The notes: generated from the sequence alone by a model not told the origin. Counted from the stretch's first letter, positions 35,791 through 47,862 are shown. The stretch: 64,000 nt of DNA from Paraspadella gotoi (GCA_051294375.1 JBJCIZ010000868.1:1-64000), one strand, 5' to 3'. Program-made: numbers and translations.

Positions 35791-37800
35791 GGTTGTGGCG
35801 CTGCGTCTTGGCGCGCTGGCAAGTGTCGCATGACGCCGCCCATCGTGCGACGTCGGAAGAGACTGATGGCCACACAAAACGCGTCGTTACGAGTTTTTTG
35901 GATGCGCGAACTCCCGGGTGAGCGATGCCATGTGTGGCGTCGAAAACGCGTCGGCGCCATGACGCTGGAACAAGTGGGCGTGCCCGGGAGCCAGAGATGT
36001 CGCAAATGAGCGTCGTGTTGCTGATCGGAACTGTTTTGAGACGGAGCGCCGTATGGGGGTCGTTGAGAAGACGCTGGACATCCTCGTCGGCGGCTTGATC
36101 GGCCGCCATTGCCTCGAAATTGACTTGAAGGGCGCCGATGGCGTTGACGGTGGCGGCAATGTCCTCACGTGCTTTTTGCGCGTTCGAGGCTGGTTCACGG
36201 TGAGCTGCGGGGATTGGCGGGGGCGATGGTGTGGGAGTTGGAGTTGAAGTTGGAGTTGGCGGTCGTGAAAGGGCGTCGGCGACGACGTTCGCCTTTCCAG
36301 CTATATGACGAATGTCGCCCGTGAATTCGGCGATGCCCGCCAACTGGTAGGTCTGCCTCATGGTGTGAGGCTCGGCCTTCTTCCGCAGCGCCGGAACGAG
36401 CGATATGTGGTCGCTGAAAAGCGTGAAGCGGCGTCCCTTCGAACATTGGCCCGAAACATGGCGGATAGAGGCCGTGGCGGGCGAGGAGTCCTTGTTCCAA
36501 AAGGCGGCCATTTGCGCTGATTTGGTTTCAGTGGCTTTGAATGGAACCCCAGAGGCTGCCACTGGCCCGTTGACCAGCTGTTCGAGGACGGCGCCGACGG
36601 CGACGTCGGAGGCGTCGACAGTGAGAGAAAGAGGAGCGCCGTCGATTGAATGTACCAGCATAGTGGAGTCGGCGAGGGCGTCTTTGATCGCCTTGAAAGC
36701 GGCGTCTTGGGGCGCCGCCCACTTGAGTGCGCGCGGTTTGCCGCGAAGAACTTCAAGGAGGGGGTCTAGATGATGAGCGGCGTGGGGAACGAAACGGCGG
36801 TAATAATTGAAGACCCCGAGGAAGCGTTGGAGTTCTTTGATGGTGGTGGGCGTGGCCATTGTACGCAACGCCTCCACCTTCGCTGGAAGTGGGCTGACAC
36901 CATTTTTGTCGACGTTGTAGCCAAGAAACTCTAGGCTGGAGGCGCCGAAAACGCACTTGGCGCGATTGACAATGAGGCCATTGTCGGCGAGGGCGTTGAA
37001 GACGCGCTTGAGATCTTCTTGGTGCTCCTCGTGTGAATGAGATGCCACAAGGAGGTCGTCTAAGTAGACGAAGATGTGGGGGATGCCGGTCAGGACTTGA
37101 TCCATCATGCGTTGAAAGTCCTGACCGGCATTTTTTAGCCCGAATGGCATGAAGAGAAATTCGTAGAGCCCAAATGGCGTAATTATCGCGGTTTTGTGGC
37201 GGTCTTCCTTCGCGACGGGGATCTGATGATACCCCTTGCAGAGGTCGATCTTCGAGAAGACCGTCTTCCCGGCAACGTCGGCGTTGAAATCCATTAGGTG
37301 ACGGATCGGGTAGCGGTCGTCAACGGTGACGCCATTGAGGCGCCGATAATCGCCGCAAGGACGAAGAGAGCCATCGGGTTTACGTGTCACATGGAGGGGC
37401 GACGCCCAAGCCGAAGTGGATCGTCGGATTATGCCGAGTTCCAACATTTTTTCGAACTCGGCCTTGGCGGCGGCGAGTTGATCAGGGGCGAGGCGGCGGG
37501 CGCGGGCGAAGACGGGCGGACCTTTCGTGGGTATGTGGTGTTCGACGCCGTGTTTGGGCGGCGCCGAGTTAAAGACGAGTTTTGTGAGTTCCGGTCGCTC
37601 ATCGAGAAGCGTGGAGTAGGCGTCACGGACGTGCAGAACGCGAGGTGGCGCCGCGGCTGAGGCGGCGTCGTGGGCATGGCCAGAGATGACCATATAATCG
37701 TCGAGGTCAAGAAGGATACGGCGTTGATGATCGACGCCGAGATGATGTTCCATTAAAAAATCGGCTCCGAGAATGGGCGTGGCAACGTCGGCGATGATGA
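35790..37800 (-). CDS. pol: Protease end, reverse transcriptase, RNase H and integrase Zn finger (Gypsy A)
   Basis: ILGADFL, LRPCGDYRRLN, FSKIDL, MPFGLKNA, YLDDLLV, LTVDASD, HGIAHPG..CDTCQRAK. Confidence 0.95.
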
Positions 37801-38077
37801 NNNNNNNNNNNNNNNNNNNNNNNNNNNNNNNNNNNNNNNNNNNNNNNNNNNNNNNNNNNNNNNNNNNNNNNNNNNNNNNNNNNNNNNNNNNNNNNNNNNN
37901 NNNNNNNNNNNNNNNNNNNNNNNNNNNNNNNNNNNNNNNNNNNNNNNNNNNNNNNNNNNNNNNNNNNNNNNNNNNNNNNNNNNNNNNNNNNNNNNNNNNN
38001 NNNNNNNNNNNNNNNNNNNNNNNNNNNNNNNNNNNNNNNNNNNNNNNNNNNNNNNNNNNNNNNNNNNNNNNNNNNNN

Positions 38078-39344
38078 CGCCGGCGTTGGCGTTTGACGGC
38101 GCCATTGGGCATGGGCGTCCGTCACGATTCGTCCCGTGGCATTTGAAGGCGTTGGAGCCGAAATTGTAATGGTAGAAGCATTTAGCTTCACCCATTGGCG
38201 GTTCGCGGTGTGGCGGGGAGCGAGGCGTCANNNNNNNNNNNNNNNNNNNNNNNNNNNNNNNNNNNNNNNNNNNNNNNNNNNNNNNNNNNNNNNNNNNNNN
38301 NNNNNNNNNNNNNNNNNNNNNNNNNNNNNNNNNNNNNNNNNNNNNNNNNNNNNNNNNNNNNNNNNNNNNNNNNNNNNNNNNNNNNNNNNNNNGCTGCTGC
38401 GAAAAAGGGCGTTGCGTTGAGCGCGGCGGCGGCCGGCGGACTGCGTTCGCATAAGAAAAGGCGGCATCGTCGGCGTCAGTTGATTCATTTGGAGTCTCCA
38501 GTGGCTCGTCCGCTGTGACCTCAATGGAGTTGACGGCGTTCACCGAGGTTGAGGCGCGGTCGGAGCTGCGAAGTTGGCCAGAAGGGAGAAAAAACTCGTC
38601 GGCGTCTTTGGCGATGTCGACGGGCTTCTTGTCCTTCCTGACGGCGTGTTCTCTCATGCTCTGAGGAAGAGCGGCAGCCAATATGGCGGCCTTGATGTGA
38701 TCGATGGTGAGGCCTTCAAGGACGGCGTCAATCGCAGAGAGGTGTTGAGAGGGGGTGACGCCTTTCAGCGACGTCATCTTCAGCGCCTTTGCGGCGCGTC
38801 TGTTGGCATCTTCACCATATATGTCTTTCAAGTGGGCGACGAGGTTGTTATGGGCGTCGGGACCTTCATCAATGCGCAAGGCATGTGGAATAAGCCGGTG
38901 GCGGGAGATGGGGATGGCACTGAGGATTTGCGCCTTCTTCTCTGCCGGATTGGTGACGCTGGTGGCGCCGAATTCCACAGCGGTGTGGTCCAGCCACTCT
39001 TCAATGTGGTCGGGATCAAAAGTCGTCAGCTTTGGGTTCCGTCTTCTTGCAGGGGCGTCGGAGGCAGGTCGGGGGCGGACTGCGTCGTCAGCGTGGTTGG
39101 CGTCGCTGGTGCCATTGTTTTCATTCGGAGGTAGTTCCGTTGATGCGGTGCTTGCATCTGCTGATGGAGGGTTTGGTCTCTCTGTGACCGAGGCGAGTCT
39201 CGCGTTCATCTCAAAGAACATTTCAAAAAGTTTTTCAATTTTGCTTTCGAGGTTAGGGACAGATGTTGAGGAGGCGGCGTCGTGAAATGCGTCGTCGCGG
39301 ACGGCGCCGTCAGAATGTGAGGCGTTGCGCGTTGTTACTGGCAT
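38078..39344 (-). CDS. gag: Gag (Gypsy A), interrupted by a gap
   Basis: PKLTTFDPDHIEEW; Zn knuckle CFYHYNFGSNAFKC..PC. Confidence 0.9.
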
Positions 39345-39497
39345 TGTGTCTATTTCTTCGTCGGCGGGAGATGGAGGACGTAAAGTACTTGGACGGCGGG
39401 ACATCAAGGAGAAAGAAAGAAAATGAGTTGAGATATTTTATGTTTTTTTTTTTGTTTTTTTTTCTTTTGTGTGTGTGTTTTTTCACGGGGCTCACCA

Positions 39498-39714
39498 CGT
39501 ATGGACGACACAAGTTTCAGAGTAAGAATGATTTATTCTTTCAACATGGTTAATAACAATAACAGTTAAAAGCTCAGATGCTAAGTCTATAACAATGGAT
39601 ATTTACAGGGTCAAAGTTTGACCATAAGGGGAAGAGCAATACAATCGAGGGTAAGGTTGAAATATAGGTCAAATGGTTTGGCCGAGGTTGCGTGTTGTTA
39701 ATTGTTCGTCCACA
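39498..39714 (-). repeat. 5' LTR of Gypsy A
   Basis: Starts TGTGGACGAAC on the minus strand and is followed by the PBS. Confidence 0.93.
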
Positions 39715-39731
39715 ACAACACTTTTTTGTAA

Positions 39732-39800
39732 ATCATTTGGCCGAGTGCTTAGCGCGCCGAATTTCAACGTTAAGAAAGAGGTTTCAGGTTCAAATCTGGC
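39732..39800 (+). mobile_element. tRNA-derived SINE head (Pol III A and B boxes)
   Basis: A box TGGCCGAGTGC (39738) and B box GGTTCAAATC (39787); no complete cloverleaf. Confidence 0.5.
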
Positions 39801-40019
39801 TGAAGTTTCTTTTTACCAAAAGTACTGATGTCCAAAAATTGGTCATAGAGCAATGGCTTACCAAAGGGGGAGTAGCCATATGTGACCTCGATATCTCTTT
39901 AAAATTATCATTTGTACTCAAGTTACAGAGCTTGCCGTCTCAGAAATTCTAGACGAATGCTACTGTAGCTTATCGAGAAAGAAATCGAGCCAGAGTCGGA
40001 TTTTTTAAAAGTAATTCTT

Positions 40020-40055
<36 letters not shown>

Positions 40056-40089
40056 CTCTCTTTTTTAGTAGGTATAAAAAGCGGGTCCT

Positions 40090-40235
40090 AGGGGACTGGA
40101 AAAACTGTGGGACCATTTCTGGGGGACGAAGTTGAACGGGACCATCTCAGTGGGACGATCGTAGTGGGACGTAGTGGAGCGGGATGAAGTTGAGCGGGAC
40201 GATCTCAGCAGGACGATCATCGGTGGGAGGGAAAC
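40090..40235. repeat. ~15-bp periodic GGGAC repeat
   Basis: GGGACC/GGGACG recurs about every 15 nt. Confidence 0.75.
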
Positions 40236-40609
40236 TTACCTAGCGTGACAGTTTAATTAACGGACACGCGACGAGTGACCTTAGTGACCCGTCGCGTTTT
40301 GGTGACAGATGGTATTAAAGGTCAAATCTCACACTTTGTTTAGGATTCATTGTTTATGATTGACAGTTGTCTGTGCGGGTGACAAACGAGGTTCACGGTC
40401 AATTTTTTTTTAATCTTCACCCTATGATTGATTGCTCGCGAGTACTCGCGAGTGTGACAGCCAAAGGTCAAATTTTCAAGGTTTATTTCGCGTGTTTGGT
40501 GCGAAGAGAATAATGGAAAGCTTTGATTTGCGCTGGCCTCACCCAACGCGAGCCATTTTGTCAGGTTTGTTTGTTTACATTATTGAGAATTTATTTTAGT
40601 TTTTAAATA

Positions 40610-40838
40610 TTAGGAATTGTTTATTGTTTGCCAATACAACGATTTTTATTGTCAATAGAACATGTTTCGACTCTGTTTATTCGAGTCTTCATCAGCTTTG
40701 AAAAAAACGTTATCAAAATGCTCTACACATTAATGTAGAGTCGAAACATGTTCTATTGACAATAAAAATCGTTGTATTGGCAAACAATAAACAATTCCTA
40801 ATATTCACTTAGCAACGAAAAGAGAGAAAATAATACAA
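40610..40838. mobile_element. Palindromic hammerhead mini-element with 12-bp TSD
   Basis: Inverted arms ~40606-40674 and 40737-40805. TSD AGTTTTTAAATA at 40598 and 40839. Confidence 0.85.
40651..40702 (-). ncRNA. Minimal type I hammerhead ribozyme motif
   Basis: Minus strand: TCAAAG-CTGATGA-A-GACTC-GAATAAACA-GAGTC-GAAAC-AT-GTT-CTATTGA, with palindromic stem III AACATGTT. Confidence 0.85.
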
Positions 40839-40869
40839 AGTTTTTAAATAATAATAATTTTTTAATATC

Positions 40870-42876
40870 TGTAATAAAAAAGTAGGGGACGACTTTTTTA
40901 TGTTAAATAGATCAGTTATTAGCATAGAAAAGATTAAAATATATAATATGTTAAAATATTTACGTTAAGTATTAATTTTCTTGCTATTTATAATCTATTC
41001 CACACGGTCACTTTGCCCTAGCTTTGGCAATGACCTTAGATTGACCGGACACAGTAATAGGGCCGAGGCGACCGTAAGGTCAAGTTGGTCCGGGCGATGA
41101 TAAAAGTGGATCTACTTCTCTTACATCGTCACAATTCTTCACCTTCTCCTCACTTTTATTAATATTATTTTCGTCTTCTACATTGGTGAACCCGACTTAA
41201 GATAAGTAGCCTTCTGATTTATACTAATACTGATTGATTGATTTATGATCGGATTGATCGAGTAATTGATCGATTATTTTATTTAATTAGTGGAAAAGAT
41301 TCACTCAGTTTCATTGCCTATTTTCGCGATCAGTTTATTTTCGATTTTTGGCGCATTTTTCTTCAAAGAATTTTCAATTTCAAAAATTAAACGATTTTTC
41401 GAAATTTCTATTTTTCTCAGTCGCGCGCGTCCCACATTTTCGTTTTTTTAAAGTCCAACATTTCGTCTCGTCTACCATCTTCTACCTGGATTACCTCATC
41501 AAAGCTCAAGATTAATTTTTTTTATTAGGCGTTTTCAACGATTTCTCTTGAGCTCAATTTTGAATTTTTTGAAATACGATACTAACCCTAATCAATTCTT
41601 ATCCCTTTTTTGAAAAAATTTATAATTAGCTCTAAGTTTTAAAATTTAACTTTTTTTAAAATCTAACCTACGGTATTGTGAAAAACCGTCTCGCCAATGC
41701 GTTTTTCATTTTACTGCGCCGTTTAAGCAAGTTTTATCAGAAATTTTGCTAGCTCTATTGCTATAGAACAATTATGCGAAAATTTTTCTTTCTGATTTTT
41801 CCCTTGATTAAAAATATTGAAAAAATTTTTGACTTTTCTGTTCGGCGCAGATTTAGACATTAATACAGTAAATATTTTACAGCCAGCACTTCCTGCAGAT
41901 CATCATGGAACACATCTTGGATCTCGAAGCTCCCCAAGGACGTGGAACCCGCCGCGCCTCCACCTCGCCGTCAGCAGAGAACCTCAAACGACGCTGCACA
42001 GAGGACGTCGTCACGCCACCCACCATCACCGTCGAGCAGGACCCCACCACCGACCTCATCACTCCACCATCGCCGACCAAGATGACGCCTTCAAGACGCC
42101 GCGTGGCGATCAAACCAGGGTAAAGAGCGTTTACACACCCCCCCCAATCCAATGTCGGCTCCCTTTGAACCGTACCAGGATCTTCAAATGGGCTTATTAC
42201 CACCTTCAACAACAGGATCCTGGGATTGGAGGCAAAACAGGATAGTTTCAATGCGAGCGTAAAGACATCAATAGAATACCTCACATCACAGGTTCAGCGC
42301 CTGCTAGCAGCTCAGCAGGCACCACCGGCGATGCCGCACAGGTCCACAGGCGACCTCAACCAAAGATTGTGCCAGTTCGCAGGGCAGCAACACCCGTTCG
42401 ACGCCGACGCGGTAGGAGCCTCCTCCACCGTACCCATGGATTATCAGACGTCATGCACCAACCGTTCCAAGACGCCTAAGTTGCCGCCTTTTGATGTCGG
42501 CAACATCCGAGCCTGGCTTGCTGCAGTCGAGGGGAGTTTCCACCTCGCTGCAGTTGTGGATGAGCAGCACAAAAAGATGCACCCGCAGGAGCATCAGGTG
42601 TTGGTCAAGGGTTTTTACACCAATGACCACCCTGTCTCAGGTGGGTATCAGGCCCTGAAAAGGCACCTGTCTGAGCTGTTCGCCGAGAAGCCCCGGCAGA
42701 AGGCACAGAAGCTCCTAGGTCATCACTTCCTCGCAGGACGCACTCCTTCGCAGTTTGTGGCCGCACAGCGCGCTGAGGTCGAATCCCTGACGATCGACCA
42801 TCTCCTCAACGCGATCCTGTCTGAGGTCCTCCCAGCCCACGTGGCCGGAAGGGTAGTCAGTGATGGGGATGAGACC
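40870..42876 (+). mobile_element. Truncated Gypsy element B (5' LTR, PBS, gag fragment)
   Basis: TGTAA(40870)..CTACA(41182), PBS TGGTGAACCCGAC (41184), then a gag-like ORF. Confidence 0.75.
41905..42876 (+). pseudogene. gag: Gag fragment (Gypsy B)
   Basis: PKLPPFDVGNIRAW..TPSQF..LTIDHLLNAIL is similar to Gypsy A gag (TPSQH..LTIDHIKAAIL). Confidence 0.85.
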
Positions 42877-43118
42877 AATTTCTTTTATACTTTTAATTGA
42901 AACAGTCTACAAAGCCTATTGGCTGATAATTACAAGTTGCAATGTACATTGAATGCGCAGATGACGATTTTGGGGGTAGGGCCCAAAATCGCCGTCTCCC
43001 ATTGGACGATAATTATTTAATTATTTTACACCAATCAGATACGTCTGCCTCTGGTGGCCAGCTCAGAAACTAGTATTTATAACTTTTCCCTTTACGAGTT
43101 TTACGATGACAATAATGG

Positions 43119-43150
<32 letters not shown>

Positions 43151-43169
43151 GGGGGTGTTTACCCTTTAC
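42877..43169 (-). repeat. Truncated 3' LTR of Gypsy C
   Basis: Matches 55077-55368; flanked by ACCCTCCCCCC, which is a PPT on the minus strand. Confidence 0.9.
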
Positions 43170-43339
43170 AACCCTCCCCCCCAAGGAGAGAAAAAAGGTG
43201 AGTAACCTTTTTTCGTACATGTATATCCTTTTCACTTAATTTAAACGATCCTTTCTCTCACAAATAATATTTTTGTTGTCCCATTCATTTTATTTTCACC
43301 TTGACCTCGCTTCTTTCCATTTATTAACTCTTTTTTCGA

Positions 43340-43975
43340 CATGACCACCAGACGCACAGTTCTACAATACGTAAGTATTACTATCACGGAATACGTAATT
43401 TCTTTAGGTAAAGTTTAAAATAACAAATTCAACATGTCAAAATAATCGAAAATCACAGAAATAAAATTCTAGTTCAGTAACGTAATCTCAATTAAATTGT
43501 TGATAAACAAACATAAATTGACGAGAATTATAGCACGAGATAATTTTGGGAACACAAAAAAAAGCAAGTAAATATCAAGTAAAGATGTCGCTTACATCTT
43601 GCATTTACTATTCACGATGCAATTTACTCTGGGATTTTTCCAAACTTTATTTTGCATTATTTTGATTTTGAACTTTGCAAAAGGGCAGAATTACGGATAC
43701 GATTACGAAATCGTTTATTATGGTAATACATAGGACTAAGCTCTGACAAAAAAAGGCAGAGGTTTTTTTAATATATTCTCCTTGGAATAAGTATCCTCGT
43801 GAAATAATAGAACGGGAAATAAAAGGTAAAGCGTTTATTGAGAGAGAGGCGTCCAGTAATCAGCAAAATGTAAGAACAACGGGAGAAATGTGTAAAAGTG
43901 AAATCGTGAAAATCAATGAGCCCCGTGAGGAAGAGGACGAGGAATGGGGAGGAAGAAGATGCAGGAGGTGAAGCC
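43340..43975 (+). pseudogene. Decayed antisense ORF next to the 3' LTR of Gypsy C
   Basis: Frame RKYYYHGIRNFF..HDAIYSGIFPNFIL.. with many stops, then PWNKYPREIIEREIKG..EEEDEEW after a short insertion (43731-43790). Confidence 0.35.
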
Positions 43976-44154
43976 CCTCCTCCTCATCGCGCCCCATACT
44001 TTGACCGAGATGGCATCTTTATTTCATAAAAGTCCACTTTACTCTTCTCTATTCGATTCCACCTAATTCCATCAAATTCAACTTTTCTTCTCTATCCGAT
44101 TCCACTTAATTCTATCAAATTCCACTTTTCTTCTCTATCCAATTCTACTTTATT

Positions 44155-44852
44155 TAGGACTAAGCTCTGACGAAAAAAGTCAGAGGTTTTTTTAATATAT
44201 TCTTTGACCGGCCAATGTAGAATGATGGCAATATTGCTATTTTTAAGTTTCAAAAAAATCCGACCATAAATATAGAAAATATTAACCAAAATCTTCGGAA
44301 AATCCACCCCTTCTTTGGAAGATTTTCGCCATATAAGATTTTTTCCGAATCTGACTCCCCCTTAGCTCCTCTTTTACTTTTACTTTAAATAAAAATTTCA
44401 TCAAAATGGACTAATTCACTTTAACATGATCATATCATATTAAAATAACCAAATGAAATGTAAAGAAAAATTTTGAGAGCCCTTCAGACATATTGCTATC
44501 GGATTCCTGAATTCGAAGTTTATTGTAAAATGACAACATACCTTAAATGCGTTGACATTGTATTGAAGTTGAGAAATCCCTTTATTTTATATATAAAAAT
44601 TGCGTCAAAAATATTTTCCCGAGCGGACCAGTCCATTTGAATCGAATGGTTCAATGTCAAAATGATGGTTTTTTGTCAAGAGGAAAAAAATGCGAGCCCT
44701 TCAAATGTAACAGGATCGGAATCGAGTGTTTTTACATCTGTTTTTTACCTGAATTTTTCCCAGGGGCGTTGACATTATTTGGTAGTCAGATTTTAACGAA
44801 AATCTCCATTGAAAAAGTCTTCCTCAATTTCTAAGAACGACGTAGACTCCTA
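44155..44852 (+). mobile_element. Non-autonomous DNA element with TAGGA..TCCTA termini and 7-bp TSD
   Basis: TSD CTTTATT at 44148 and 44853; homologous to 57551-58272. Confidence 0.88.
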
Positions 44853-45564
44853 CTTTATTCCATCAAATTCCACTTTTCCAAAAAATTCCACTCCTCTTCC
44901 ACGTCAGATTTCGTTTTATTCCATGTTGCCAATCTCAAATGGCTTCGCCAAAGAGAGAGTGAGAGAAGGAGAAATTGACTCAGAGATTTTTTTATTTAGA
45001 AATAGTAGTTAATATTTGGCATCAAGCAACGGCAGGTGAACAGTGCATTGCTCATTCACATCACCCTGAAATTAAATTAACTATGGAGGGCAAAGTTTGC
45101 CGTGAAGTAGAAGTAATGATTCGTTTTCAAATTGAAATATTTATAAACCCTCTGCCGTGAGTAGGCAAATAACACGCGAATTTTTTCATATATTTGTTGT
45201 GTTGACAGTTCCTCGCCAGCTAGCGTGATGCAGGAGCCTTCCGGGCGACGTATGGCCACTTCGTCGGTCGCGATTGGAAAGGGCATCCCCGCCATGCGAA
45301 ATGATTAACGTAGGGGCGTGGCGAACGCGCGCGGGCGAAACTTGTTTGGCGTACCTCATCTCGTATCGCCGGTAGCCGAAGCTCGCGTCGTCGCACTTAC
45401 ATCTTTAATAAGTTCCGGTCTTGCAATTGCAAGGTGCGGCGATGCTGGTGCTGCTTGAAGCTTTTCATTTGTCTTCAGGTTTCACTAAGTGAAGTCCCCA
45501 CTCTCCATATTCCTTGGCGAAACGGTGTCTCTCAAGTGGAATTAAGTTTTCTCTCTGCTGGAAA

Positions 45565-46385
45565 ACATCAATGGAATCAGTCATTCATAGATGGAACAGC
45601 AAATCGGTGACAGAACCAATTTTTCTTTTCGTGGAAATGGCGATGGAACCAACTCTCTCCTTGATGGAACCGAATCTTTGTCCGGCAGAATTGCATATCG
45701 GCAATGGAACCAAGTCCCTCCATGATGGAACCGATTTTTTGTCGATGGAATAGGTTTCCCTTGATGAAACCAATTTTTTCGGTGGAAATGGCGATGGAAG
45801 CCAAGTCTTTCATGGATGGAATCGAATCTCTCCATGACGGAATCGAGGTTTTCCTTCGTCGATGGGACGGCGTCCCGAGACTCCTTGATGGAACCAAAGT
45901 CATCTCCGTTGGAATCGCGTCTTTCGGCGACGGAAAAGGTTTTCTCTTTGATGGAACCGAGTCTTTCCCTTGGTCGAATCACGCCTTGGCGATGGAACCA
46001 AGTATTTCGTTGATGGAACTCGGTGGAACCGGTTCCCGTCAATGGATCCGAGTATTTCTCTGATGGAACCAAATCTTTGTTTGGTAGTTCCATATTGACG
46101 ATGGAACCAAGTATTTCCCTCATAGGGCCGAATCTCTCCTCGATGGAATCGCGTCTCAGCGATGGAACCAAGATGGAACCGATCTCTCCATGTTGGAATC
46201 GTGCGTCGGTGATGGAACCGAACCTTTGTTTGGTAGAACTGCATATCGGCGATGCAACAAAACATTTCCTTCGTAGGACCGAATCTCTCCGCGATAGAAT
46301 CGCATCTCAGCGATGGAACCGCGTCTTTCAAGGATGTAATTGGATCTCTCTCCGATGGAATCGCGTCTCGGTGATGGAGAAACGT
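45565..46385. repeat. Degenerate ~21-bp GATGGAACC tandem array
   Basis: Dozens of GATGGAA(C/T)C cores at roughly 21-nt spacing. Confidence 0.9.
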
Positions 46386-47319
46386 CCAGAATGCTTTGTC
46401 TGACTTCTACTGAGGGAAGATCGACGCTCTCGCCGAATTCCTGACTCCGGGGAAAAAAAAATTATGACATGTACTTAAAGGTCAAACGCGGCACGGTACC
46501 AATTTTCAACCTCAATTTTCAATTTTCAACCAAACTTTAAAACAACGATCGACGGCGTAAGGAGAAGAGAAAAGGGGAAAAATATTTTTCTCTACTTTAA
46601 ACCCGCGTTGTGGCGCCGCGTCAAAGAGAGCGCCATCTCGCGTGAGACGTCGGACTCGACGCCGGAATTTACCAAAGGTTTATTAGAAAGAAAAGGAAAA
46701 AAGAAACTGTCGTTTCCAACTTTCTTTCTTTCTTTCGTTTCCAACTTTTTTTTTCTTTCTTTCTTTCTTACACCGCGCCCGCCAAAGTCATTAAAGTCGA
46801 ACTTCAAATCNNNNNNNNNNNNNNNNNNNNNNNNNNNNNNNNNNNNNNNNNNNNNNNNNNNNNNNNNNNNNNNNNNNNNNNNNNNNNNNNNNNNNNNNNN
46901 NNNNNNNNNNNNNNNNNNNNNNNNNNNNNNNNNNNNNNNNNNNNNNTTTGTAGTTATTTCGACTGTCTCGAGTCCTTATCGGGTTTAAAAACCCTTTCTC
47001 GTCTTTCAAAGTGACAGAAAAATTGAGTACTCGTGACCTCAATCTCAATTCTTTCTCTTTTCCTCAGATGTTTTCGGCGTCGGCGGGACCGTCTCCGATT
47101 TCCACTTTGACGATTTCGACGATTTCCACTTTGATGGGGACGGTGACCGTCTTCCCTACCGGCAACAGGGCGGCGGCGATAGCGGCGGCGCTATTCGCGC
47201 TCTATAGCCCTATAGCTCTATAGCGGCGGCAGCGAATCTTCCGGTTTCTCTCGTCGTCGGGAGAGCATGTTTATCTTTAAAAAGAGCCTTTTTCACTCGT
47301 GAAGGGCAGGGAATCTTAC

Positions 47320-47862
47320 CCACACTCGGCGTCACCCTTTTCTCGGCGGAAAAGGTCCGGGGAAGGTCTTCTCCTCCTCGGCGAAACTCTTCTCTCGGCG
47401 GAGAAGGACTGGGGAAAGGCTTCCCCTACTCAGCTTCGCCCTTTTCTTTCGGCAAAGAAGGGCCGGGGAAAGTCTTCCCCTACTTGGCGACGCTCTTCTC
47501 TCGACGGAGAAGTCCAGGGAAAAGACTTTTCCCTTCTTCCTCTCTTCGGCGAGGCCCTTCTCTCAACGGAGAATTCCGGGGAAAACGACGTTTCCCTTCT
47601 CTTACTCTTCTTCGGCAGGGCCCTTCTCTCGACGGAGAAGTCCAGGGAAAAACGACGTTTCCCTTCTCTCTTTCTTCAGCAAGGCCCTTCTCTTGGCAGA
47701 GAAGTCCAGGGAAAAACGTCGTTTCCCTTCTTTCTTCCTTTAGCGAGGCCCTTCTCTTAGCAGAGAAGTCCAGGGAAAAACGTCGTTTCCCTTCTCTTTC
47801 TTTTCTTCAGCGAGGCCCTTCTCTTGGCAGAGAAGTCCAGGGAAAAACGTCGTTTCCCTTTG
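47320..47862. repeat. ~60-bp tandem repeat (GGCCCTTCTC..GAGAAGTCCAGGGAAAAACGTCGTTTCCCT)
   Basis: About 6 well-conserved units plus degenerate shorter ones; each has internal hairpins. Confidence 0.9.

Larger units (their letters stand above)
32807..39714 (-). mobile_element. Ty3/Gypsy LTR retrotransposon A, full length
   Basis: Near-identical LTRs at 32807-33020 and 39498-39714, PBS TGGTGAGCCCCG (39497-39486), PPT GGTGGGGGGATG (33032-33021), order gag-pro-RT-RH-INT. Confidence 0.95.

Noticed and set aside
39732-39800. tRNA gene
   Set aside because: A and B boxes are present but there is no convincing acceptor or anticodon stem; treated as a SINE head.
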